Made by a program: the position numbers and the translations under genes. Positions 53,241 to 64,000 of a DNA stretch of 64,000 nucleotides are shown piece after piece (within the stretch, counting starts at the first letter, position 1; the number at the start of each line of letters is the position of its first letter). Below the pieces are notes generated by a model, which worked only from the letters and a program-made list of their open reading frames with translations, was not told where the DNA came from and did no database searches. Source of the DNA: Psilocybe cubensis. Its lineage: Eukaryota. The stretch spans positions 3,162,001-3,226,000 of the forward strand of contig CM039005.1 in the NCBI GenBank assembly GCA_017499595.2, written 5' to 3'.

Positions 53241-54549
53241 TTAATCATCCTTTCGTGGCTGCTCTTCTATCTGGTCCATACCGAGGTCTTGGTCGTTCTC
53301 TCCGCCCGCAACACGGGCAGATAATCCACAATCCGGATTGGTATAATCTGCACCACTAACAGCGGCCTTGTCCTGCTGAACATCATCGAAGTCCATGTCT
53401 GATATATGTGCCAGGGTGCTGTCTTTAACGGTATCATCTGTGTTGGAGAGTGCAAGACGTAGAACCATAGCCGTAGGTGCGAGCGCCTGACCATTTCTGT
53501 TTTAATAATACCACCTTGCATATGAATCAAAGACTTACAGAAACAACATAAGAGACAGAATCGATGTAGTAAGTCGACTCGGCCAACGGAGATTGTAAGT
53601 TGGTAAACTCGGGGATCGTCTCGGACAATACCTGAAGGAGCAACGCCAGTAAATATGCTGCAGATGACTCGATAATTATAGCGATGATATGGGTGTATCG
53701 GGTCCTCGACCCGGTGTTCTGCTTAGAGACAGGGTATATGCGATAGCCGATTAGAAATGTGGCGATAAATGTGGTGACTAGACACATCAAAAAAAAGGCT
53801 GAATCAATGCGATTGTGTAATAATGCTCTCGAGCGGGACTGAGGTGGTGGCCAGATTGCAGTAACCACAGTCAGAGTAATGACCATAGCTGTGTAGCGAC
53901 AGTCAGCGGTATGGAGGATGTACAGTATCTTCACATACCACATTCCGCAAAGAAGAATAATAGAGGAATGGAAATAATTCGCTTTGATTCACCCCATACG
54001 TGGTAACATCGCCACACCTGTTTCGAAATAGTAAGTAGTGCCCCTGACGGCCTTCCAAGCTACAAACCAGAAGTCCATCCGAAATAACAAAGATAACAGT
54101 CTCGATTATCCGCAGCAATTCCGAAACCCACAGTGGGGAGTCCAATGAAGAAAAGAAGATCGATTCCTTGATGTTCCCGTTCATGATAAACGCCCAGTTC
54201 AGAAAGTACCACTGGAGAATGAAGTCCAGGAAACTTAACCAGTAGAGAGCGGTGATTGTGGTCAACACAGTCATATTCCTGGACCCTCTGTTTCCTGAAC
54301 CTCTTGAAGCTTGTATAAAGTATCAGTGTTGCTGATTGCTATTTTTTAAAATTGAATTACGCACTATAAATGTACATGGTGACGCCGTATACCATTGTAT
54401 AAACCCCTGACCAATTCGATTACCCTGTTTGGTCACCACTCAGAGACACGCTTACCCATCAGGACAGTTTGAATTGCTGAAGCATTAATACTTCCCCTAA
54501 CTATATAGTTTTCAATGTTGGTTGGGATCGTTATGTCGGGAATGGACAT
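53241..54549 (-). CDS. Multi-pass membrane protein (fungal 7TM-like family), paralog 3
   Basis: MSIPDITIP...LMG; ISDGLL|VWRCYHVW, TFIATFLIGYRI, IIIESSAAYL and APTAMVLRLAL...RKDD*. Close to paralog 1. Confidence 0.8.
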
Positions 54550-55521
54550 GATAGTAGACTGGTGATGTGCTACAGATTGCTGAGAAATACTCGGTATTTA
54601 TACGAATTGATTGCGGAAAATCTACGGTATAGCTACGTTAGTCAAAGGTATTGATAAATAATTCTCCCCTCAGTGGGGCAGCCGAATAAGTAGGCTTTCT
54701 TTTGACAATTTGCGAAGCAAGCTGCAATCCACGAGGAATCTGAGAAGCTATATTTGGCGCATCACAATTGTGATGCTTCCTGACTTGTCAATGGAGCATT
54801 TCCTGATGTGAAGCATCTCTCAATGATATCGCATGCAGTCCGAGTCTCCAGTCCAAGTGTCTTTTTGAATTGTTGCATTCTCAATTCTCACAAACTCCAC
54901 TGATTGATAAATCCTCTCGCTTTTGGTGGTTACATATGATCCAAGAGTTCAATTCACTTTTACCCCGCGTTTCGAGAATGTACCAACGAGAAATGGAGGT
55001 CGTAAAGTTATACCTTCCCTTCTGGAGGTCAGATTACCAGAGTCGTGCTGAGGTATTGTGTTCTTGGGCCGGGACTTGGGGCCGGTTTTGTTGGTTTTTG
55101 GCATTTTATGCATCGGCAAAAGTGACCAGATACACAAATGCCTTAGCTGCCTTATTCGGAAGGTCAATGATTCATGTGACATGAGTATGTCGCACGAAAC
55201 ATTTGACCAACATTTAGAGGCGCTGCAAACATTTGGTGGTCATTTGGAGGGCTCGGAAGTGTTTGTAGAGCCCACAATCCAGTAGAAATGATTTCATGTA
55301 CTTGCCATGAATTCCTAATGATTTATTTGCTATAAAACATCGGGGAAATTATTGAACTAAAATATAAACAAAGAACCAATCCTTGAGATTACATTTATGT
55401 CCATTCAAATGATTACATAGATTGCCATGTACGCCAAATGATTACATGTAAACGAAAGGCACACAAAATAATTTTGTATGGACAAATTTTATTGACTGTT
55501 CTATTTTTACACATTGCCAAG

Positions 55522-58500
55522 TCAGAAATCTGCAAACCCTACCGCCTCCGTGTCGTCTATATCCCAGGGTTCCTCGCCATCCTCCCCTACAAATCCGTTG
55601 TCGTTAGCATCCTCTTCATCCTCCTCTTCGGACTCGATATCGTCTTCAGGCTCGGAAGCTTCCATTTCTGCCTCCTGCTCGGCTGTAAGGGGAAGATCGG
55701 GGTGAGCTTCATCGATTCCGAGCTCTTCATCGAGATTGGTGTAAAGCCCGAAGTAAGCTGGCCGCATATGTTGTGTGTAATGGTTGGTGCTCTTGTGGCC
55801 GATACCGTACCCTAAGTAACGCACAAACATATCCCGGTCCACAAATCTTAATGAATATTAGCATAAATATTATACAAAATAGAAACAAATGCAAGTAGCG
55901 TACCGATTAACATAATAAAAATTCCAGTCGTGGTCTGGATAGTCGTCATCTTCCCAGTATGCTCTTCGAGCAATAGAGGGGGGTAGGAGACTATCAGTCA
56001 TTCCACTGTTAAAAGAAGGAATGATGTGCGAGGCTCGGAGAACGTCAGAGGGGTCGAGGAATCCAAATGCATCGGGTGAGTCTGAATGGATAAACTTGAG
56101 GCGATCTAACCGGCGGGCTGCCCATCCTGCTCGAAAGCGATGGTCCACTTCAAACCATCGAACCCAAAGAAACTCCAAGCGTTGAGTTTTACCTCCATTA
56201 TACTGAACATCAGCATCAAAGACACCAAGAACTCGGGCATACGAATAAGGGTGGTCGGTGTCAGCCTCAGAGTCCCGAGAAAGTGTCATGATATTGCAGT
56301 GGTTTCGAGGATTGATAGAGTCCTGTTCGCGTCGTATATCATATGTCGTGTAGTTGACGCGAAGAACCTTGTGCATGTAAATGCGATCACCGAGGATGTT
56401 GATCTGCGCCCGTTCTTCATCCGAAAATGTGTGGTTTTGTCTCGATCCAAATCACCGAGAACACGAGCGAGGAAGTGATCTTCAAGCCTCGAAACAAAAT
56501 CCTAGTAATGATCATATAATTATTATCAGCAAAGACTCACTAGAGTAACCACAATATAGCAAATGATCTGACCTCTGTAACCGCTGCATCGTCGCAGTAA
56601 TTGTTCATAAACTCGTAAATATACAGTTTGTATCGCTTGCTCGTAGACATTTGGTGATGTTCAGATGGCGATAAAGGCGGCAGACTCTCAGACTCGAAAG
56701 TGGCAACGATGTGTGGGGGTTTGACATAGGATATCTTCTTCGAAGGCCTCGAATGTTTTTTGGAAGAGCGCGCACTGGACTGTGGCTCTTTTGCGCCCAA
56801 ATTTTCTCTAGACTCCTTCTCTTCCAGTTTTAAAACCCGTGCCGCAATAGAGCGGAGCAGGTGCTCGCGATGCTCGTGGCGAGAGATCTGGTGCTCAAAC
56901 TTGCAGCCCTTATTCGTGCGTACAAAGAAACGTTTGACCCGACGGTGCTCGAGTTTACCCTAAAGGTAGTTAATCAATATGTATCATATCATAAAACAAA
57001 ATAAATGACGTACCCGTTGTGTTGAATACCCTTCTGTTGGCCCAAACAACCAGATGGTCTTGACATAGTCTCCAAGAGAGTGAAGTTTGTATGTGAAAAG
57101 ATTGAGCATTTTCGAAGTCTTTGCATCGAGAGAGCCAGTGGCAGCAGGCTTTCCCTTTTTGGCATTGTTAGCAGCGCGACGGGCACGAGCAGCCGTCTCC
57201 TTCGGAAGCTCTTTTGTTGAATATTGCGGACAGATCTTAGAGACGAATGATCTAAGCTCTTTTCCTAATCTCCGGGTAGTTGCCTCGAGTCCGGTAAGTG
57301 TTGAGTCTGTATGCATGCGTAGTTTTGCAAGCGCGTGCCATTCACATAACGTGAACAATATGTCTTGAAGAACTTTGTCGTGCGCAGGGGGGAGCAGGCC
57401 TTCAAACACCGGAATAGAGCACTGGACACAAGTATGTCAATCTCTGATAACACGGATTTAATATATTTCTATTATTCATACCTGAAGTAAATCCTCGAAA
57501 TCCCTGGCTGCAAGTTTGGTCATATCCGAAGCATTCCGATGGAATCGACGTATCGTGTTCCTGCCAAAAGTTGCTACTTTGCAATACCTGTGGACATATA
57601 AGTATGAGAAAGTAGAATAATAAGTTGTACGCACCTCCAATTAAGACGCTGAATGCAGTTACCACCTGCAGCCACGAGAATGCGCATCATGTGTGTGAAG
57701 AAAGACTTCCACACACCAAGTTCAAACTCGTGTAGGAAGTCGGGGACGAACATAGAGTGATAGTTAAAACCAAATTTTGATAGACGAATAGAGAAGGCAT
57801 TCTACAAAAAAGCAGTTAAACAAGGGATAATGAAGAGAAATATCAGATTGTACGTACTCGTGTGGGGACAGCCGAGGTGTCCTGAAGAATGTCTTCAACG
57901 CGTGTGCTCTTGACGCCTCTTCCATGAACATAGATCCATTTGCGGGTAATTTCAATTCTATCCCGCCGCTGCTGAGTGTCTAGTCGGATGTGCGAGCGCC
58001 GCTGGCCATCAACGTGGGTTCCAAGGCCACTGACCCAGCGTTTCTGAATTAAGCATCGAGGGCAAACACATTTTGCGAGGTATCGAATCGTGGCTAGAAG
58101 AACTCTGATGGCTAGAGTTAAGAAAGCATGGACCAGAGTAAATAAAGGTAACTTACTTCTCAGGATAGTCAGCGGAATAAGTAAAAAACCGAGGAAAGAC
58201 ACGGCGTGTGATTCCATCGGCACATTTGATAATGATGCCGTGCTCGTATGCTTCCATAAACTCCTCGTCTAGGAGAATGAGCCATATGGCATGCATCAGC
58301 TCTCGCTTTAAGTGGGTGATAGTTGCCGCCGTTGCTGTAAGGCCATTATATGCCTTCATGTAGATGTCTTGAAGCATTTTCGGCAGCTAGTGGGTGACAT
58401 AAATAAATAAAACAAAAAGAAAAAGAATAAAGATCTTACTGTAGGTAAATAAGCGATGTGGTGTGCCGAAAAACTACTTGGATGTGCGCGTACGTACTTT

Positions 58501-59885
58501 GATTGATTTCCGAAGAGGAGGTATAGTGGCCAGAGTGACGCATTGCCAAAGTTTGCCAGCTGGGTAGAGTCAGACCACAGCATTAAAGCAACAATGGCAA
58601 TCTCGTGTGCATCGCCGAGATGGACTTGTTGATTCTGCTGTTTCCGGAGGTTGATATACTCATTGTAAAACGCGTCAGAGTTGTATATTTTGGTGACAAT
58701 GCGTTCAGGGGAGCTTGACGGGGAAGGCTTCCAGAAAAGGCGGTGAGGTGTGAAATGCCATAATTCGGCACTTTCATCCTGAAGTGCTGCCTTGATGGTG
58801 CCAACAAGACTTCGATGATAGACGTTCGGTACCTCAAGAACTGGTGCCGCGTCTTCAGAAGCATGCTGATGCTGCTCGCAAGGCAGAGATATCTTCACAG
58901 TTGAGTTAATCCATCCTTGGTCACGTTGAAATTCTGTTTGCGAATGTGAGCTTGAATGGGATTCCGAACTTGTTGCTTCGTCCATCCGAGCTAATTCCCG
59001 TTGAGCACTGAAGTCTTTTAAATGCTCAACACGGAAATCCTCGGCAAGCAGAACATTCTTCACCAAGTGATCGAGTTCCTGCACGGATTTCAGGTTGGAG
59101 TTTCCGTAGAACCAATGCATGAGGCAAAAAACGGTTGCATTTAAGAAGGGTGCAAACCGATTTGAGGCCAAAGCAGCGTCTATAGAAATTCCCATGGCTT
59201 TGGCAAGTCGAGAGCCTGATTCTTTCGGTAAAGATGTTGCTAACCCCGGAGCATTGCATAGGTTGTCAAGTTCCTCGAAGTCGTCAATCTCCCGCTCAGG
59301 GAAGGTGGGATACTCGCGGTACATGCCAAACTCATTCGGCAAGGTAACGACAACCGTGGGCTCAAAGGATGGGGCCGCTGGCTCAGGAGTTGGTTCGCGT
59401 GGCGCCACACGCTTGGGAGCAGGACGGATGCGAGGAACAGGCGCTGGCATGTGAGGGATGCGGGTCGACGAGTTTGGCAAAAAATCAACGTTTTTTTTGG
59501 GATATTTGCAAACACGTCCTGACCGTGTGGGAGGGGGAACAAAGATGTTAGGAGGTGCCTGAGAAATAGGGCTTGGAGGGGACATGACATCTGCATCTTC
59601 ATAGGTTGCAGGGACATCTTCCCATTCGGCATCCTAAATTGAATCTTGTGTCAGTCTGATAAGTATCAATGTGGCTAGTCATACCTGATTGGGTTCCGTT
59701 AGTTCTTTTTCCTTGTTTAATTCGTCGTCCAGCCTAGCTCGCTTTGAGCTTACGGTCCTCTGGTCAAGATCCTGTGGGTTGCAGACAAGTTCCCAATCTG
59801 CGAGCACAGAAGCACAGGTGATTCTGTGAATTCGGACAGCATGTTTCGTGCTGAAAGTCTGTTCGCATGCATCGCAGATTGCCAT
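55522..59885 (-). pseudogene. Plavaka-family transposase, multi-exon, with an apparent frameshift near 56440
   Basis: N-terminal C2HC finger (CDACEQTF...H...C). Motifs IYNSDAF, LMLWSDSTQLANFGNASLWPLY..GNQSKY, CADGITRRVFPRFFTYSADYPEK, CPRCLI, WHALAKLRMHTD, TYKLHSLGDY and LRVNYTTYDIRREQD. DFVSRLEDHFLARVLG and FSDEERAQINILGDRIY are in different frames. Confidence 0.82.
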
Positions 59886-60082
59886 AACCAGAAGGAAAAT
59901 ATAAAAAATGTGCTGCATAGCAGCATGAGTTAGTACGATAGAACTAGGGTGAAGGCTAAGTTTGAACAGAGATGTCGCGTCAGACGCGTCGGAACTAGGT
60001 CACGTGGACGTGGTCAACGGGCGTCTTCGAAAACCTCTGAAACACATTCCTTGGTTGTCCTCTTTCCTCCACATCCTCCTCT

Positions 60083-62221
60083 ATGCCACCTGCTACTCAG
60101 ACCGGTTCTGCTGTTCAGCAGACCCCTCCGAACCCTCCGAATGCAGCACCTAGAGAAGATATCAGCAGTGGCAACAGTGACAACAGCAACTCGGATACGG
60201 ACCCGGACCATAATGAAGAGGTGGTCATCAGGAAGCGGAAGAAAGCATTGAAGGTCACATTTCGTACCAGGACCTCTCGCAAAAAGTTAAAGGCTTCGTG
60301 AGTATGGTTTTTTTCTTAATTTTCACTATTTAATACACGGTTTTGTTATTTAGGGCTGTTCTCGAGCCCTTCATGCACCATGCTGCATGGCACATTCGCA
60401 ATGGTGCTATTTATACCAACTGGGAGCATGTTATCGTTACTGGCCTGAAGGCGCAGCAAGGAAAATTCGGTTCTCTCACACAGGAAGAGTAAGTAATGTT
60501 CGAGTTTACTATCTAAGGCATATTTCACTTAAACTTTTTACCTTATTAGGTTTGCAGAAAAGCATAAACGAGCTCTTGCAACCTATGAAGAGCTCCGAGC
60601 AGCCGTTCCCTCTTTTGACAACGATATGAAGGTCATAGGGAAGGATCCGGATTACCTAGACCGACTTTGCAAAACGGTATATGCACGATTTTCATTGTAT
60701 TTTTTTTCATCTGACATTCTGTTGTCTATCTAGATGATTACCGCTGCAGGGACAGCCCGATCAAACGACATCTCAAGCCTCAAGAAAGATGCGCTCACCT
60801 ACGCTGCCCTTTGCTTGCCAAATAGTCGGCTCGAGCCTCCGGTCAATCCAAACGACTCCAAAAAGACAAGTCGAGGCTTCAAGCATCCGCAACTTGGTGC
60901 ACTTTTGGTCCCTGCCGACTGCTTTAAGCAGTATCAAACTGATCCAGAGTGAGTTTTCCGTACATCTGTGTTTGCTATACTAATCACTTTTGCAAGTTAC
61001 CGTCGCAAGCTTATGCTTAACAAGGTAACCATCAAGGCAAAGGCCATGCCACACCTCATATATCCATACGACAAGTACGATCCCGACCATGTCTTGGAGG
61101 GCATGTTTATGGCTCCCGCCCTGGTTGCGGTATGGTCTCCTTGCTCCTTGTTACTTTCTACTCATGTATTTTACTAGGTCTTTCAGCATATATTCATGTC
61201 CCCATCATCGGCTTTGAAGACACCCGGTGCGACTCGTACGGGGCTTGGGAAGGCTCGGAAACACCACATGAAGTCGGTGACGATACCGAGCATTGCTTAT
61301 GCATGCACTCATGTATGTTTTTTTTAATGCATGCCGCATATGCTAACCTTCTTGGGTAGTATCGTTATGCCATCTCAGGTTGCATGGACTGGCGTCAGAA
61401 CGATCACCATTTCAACTACGAAGAATTCTATATGGAGGTCGTAAAAATGCTGGAGTGGGCCCGAGAGAACGACCCCGAGTGGTGGACGGATTTTATTACA
61501 TGGTGGAATGCGTGCGTGATTTTTCATTAACCATTCTGGTCCCTGAACATTTCTTTCCAGGCAAGTTTTTCCTGTTGAAGACGACTCCGTGACGGAGAGT
61601 AGCTCATCAGACGAAGAAGCGACTACTTCTACGTTCAAGAAGATGAAGGCTCAGGTGAAGGCTAGCCGCGTGGACAAGGCCAACGCTGCCAATCCTCCAC
61701 CACCACCGCCTTCTCAGTATCAACGTGAATCCCTGTCGCCATCGCCTCCTCCAATGCATGCTCCGTCGCCAGCTTTGTTTATTCAACAAGGTGTAGGTAT
61801 CCCTGGCCGGCAGCCTCTTCCTCAATACGCTGCCGGCCCAATGGACTCCAATATTGACCCCCGCTTACAGATGTCAGGGCCTCATGCTGCTGGAGCCCAG
61901 CCACCTCTCGGACCTTCGTTCTATCCCGCAGGTGCTCCATTCTTTTACGATGGGTCTAACACCATTGCAAGCGCGTCCACTCCGGCTCTGGGTCTGTCTC
62001 GTAATCATCCCACTCCCCGGGCACTCCATGCTACTCCCTACGCTCAACATGCCACCCATTCTCCGGAGTGGCAACTGGCAAATACACAAGACATTGAATC
62101 TTATATGGCCGACCGCACGATGAGGAGAGGCTCAAAGATGCAATCCGGCAGGGATGTTGGCACTCGTCATCCCAGTGTCGGGCCCCAGATGAATGTATTC
62201 CCGGACATCACTAACTGGTAA
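60083..62221 (+). CDS. DUF6698-like accessory protein of the Plavaka element, multi-exon, Pro-rich C-terminus
   Basis: ARSNDISSLK...KTSRGFKHPQLGALLVP, PHLIYP..YDP..VLEGMF and HIFMSPSSA motifs. Divergently transcribed from the transposase, inside the TIRs. Domain name is from motif recall only. Confidence 0.65.
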
Positions 62222-63329
62222 GTACATCTCACATTTTCCCTATCTTTACTGACTACGCTTCAGAATCTTCTGCTCTTGTTACCGCTCTCTTGGCTCTCCT
62301 TTACTGTCAACGTCTTGGTATCTCTTGGCTCTCACCTCTCTCGTGCTCGTTTTGGACTCCTAGGCAACTACTGTGACTTTGGCTGACTCTTCGAAGAAAA
62401 AATCGTGTAATTATACTTGGCTTTCATTCTGCGTCTTAGGTTATGTGTACCTGCTGCCTGTGTACTTGTATTTGTGCTTTGATTAATGGAACTTTTGTTT
62501 TTTTGTTGCATCTCACTGTGCGATTACCGGAAGTGGTGGCGAGGAATGAGGTTCAAAAGGAAAATGGCATTGTGAGAGCCACAAACATTTTTGGGGCTCT
62601 CAAATGTTGCTGAAATGATTTCGGCACTCTTAAATGTTGCCCAAATGATTTGGGAATTCTCAAATTTTAGCGAAAGGATTAGATTCAAACATTCCATGCC
62701 TTTTATATATCCAAGTCTCTCGTTAATCAAAATAAAAGGCCATTTGGGCCTTGGGGCATTTGGACGCCTCCAAATGCCTTGACAAGGCATTTGGGGATCT
62801 TGTCACTTTTGCTGATGTGAAACACGGAATGCTAAAGTCCTTGCACTGTGCACTGCTCTCATTATCATGTCACATTTCTCAAGTCAAAGACACTACTTAG
62901 CAATACCCAGGACGTTAGGTCAAAAAAAGACAAAAACAGTGCCAGTTATTGGCATTTGGCTTGGGAGTGAGTACGGATGTGCGTTGAGTCCGTCGCATCG
63001 CTAACGCGAGCGTGACACTGATGTGTCAGAGTTGGACGCAGCAGCTGAAGTACTTTGAGCCTAATTTCGATGGTTCTAAAAGTTTTAAGGAAGTTTCAAT
63101 ATCAGTCGTGAGAGCAGGTGTACGCTATGTGTTGGTTGCTTGATCATGCCGAACATTGATAACGAAGTGTGGAAGCATCGATATCTGTGATAAGAAAGAA
63201 ACTAAGCAAAGAAAAACTGACGCGGACAAAATCCACTTCCCTTGACTCAAAGTTACACCTGCAATGACTGCTGCGCGCCCCAGCTCAAAGGGCTGCTCGT
63301 TGACTGGTTTACCAATCATAGGTGTGGGT

Positions 63330-63541
63330 ATGTTATCTGCCATGTTATCTGCCCGGCAGAATCCGAGCTTACTCTTTTCACACTTTTCACCATAAAACCT
63401 TGAGTGAACTGCAATAAAAAAAAATGTATTCAAGTATGTACAGGATGTGTATACACATAAGTGCCTTTAAAATTTGAGTAAGTGCTGTCGAATCAGTAGA
63501 ATACGTATGGATGTTATCTGCCACCCCCAATGTTATCTGCC
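63330..63541. repeat. Four copies of ATGTTATCTGCC in two pairs
   Basis: Copies at 63330, 63342, 63511 and 63530. Confidence 0.7.
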
Positions 63542-64000
63542 AGCCGAGGTGCCGCAACACAGCCACATTTGCGCACTTCCGTATTCAATTCACGCTCGAC
63601 GGGCATCCTGGTTTGATTTTTTGAGGCTCTTTGAGTGATATTCTAGATCACATATAAAGTAAATAATGCCCAGGTAGAAAATATCAGACAAATTTAGAGT
63701 ACAGACAAAGTAAAAGGTACATGTTTACATGGACCATTTCTCGGACGCGCGTCAGCGCGAAATTTGCTTCTCGTTTCACACGGTATTTTACAAAATTTAT
63801 GTTTGTGACAATCCGTACATATTCTCGAGTACTTTCAAGTAATTTCTCTTCAAAATTTTGACAAAAATAAAGCATCGTGAGTCTCTCTCTTTTTCTCTCC
63901 ATTTTTTGGTCATTTCCCGTTTGGGACACCCACTCCTATGAACGGAAAACCCGTTGACTCTGCGCAGCCTGTGGGCAGCGGCAACACGTGCATGGAGTCC

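Larger units (their letters stand above)
55111..62817. mobile_element. Plavaka-type (CMC-related) DNA transposon, 7.7 kb
   Basis: TIR catcggcaaaagtgaccagatacacaaatgcctt (55111-55144) vs reverse complement catcagcaaaagtgacaagatccccaaatgcctt (62784-62817), 30/34. CAAATG/CATTTG subterminal arrays at both ends. TG on both flanks (candidate 2-bp TSD). Confidence 0.8.

Noticed and set aside
55111-62817. TET/JBP dioxygenase associated with Plavaka/KDZ elements
   Set aside because: No HxD...H...R 2OG-Fe(II) dioxygenase pattern recognised in or near the element.

Overview
Eukaryotic DNA with short GT-AG introns, most likely from an agaricomycete (mushroom-type) fungus; this is inferred from intron style and gene families. 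The window is accessory and transposon-rich. The main structure is a 25.8-kb CACTA/CMC-type DNA transposon (2581-28369) with CACTG termini, 22/23-bp TIRs and an exact ATA target-site duplication. It carries an apparently intact Tnp2-type transposase and about seven further intron-containing genes, including a Pol-beta-type nucleotidyltransferase-like gene, an RNase H1 hybrid-binding-domain-like gene and a WD40+TM gene. It sits against the TATA box of an F-box-like gene. Other mobile elements are a 1.04-kb non-autonomous MULE-like element with a 9-bp TSD, a 665-bp foldback MITE with the same CACTGCGGGC ends (TSD TCT), and a 7.7-kb Plavaka-type element with definable TIRs (frameshifted transposase plus a divergent DUF6698-like gene). 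Also present are an intron-containing tRNA-Ala(AGC), three paralogous multi-pass membrane protein genes and decayed repeats. Gene models were read by eye, so exon boundaries are approximate. No searches were run; family names come from motif recognition.
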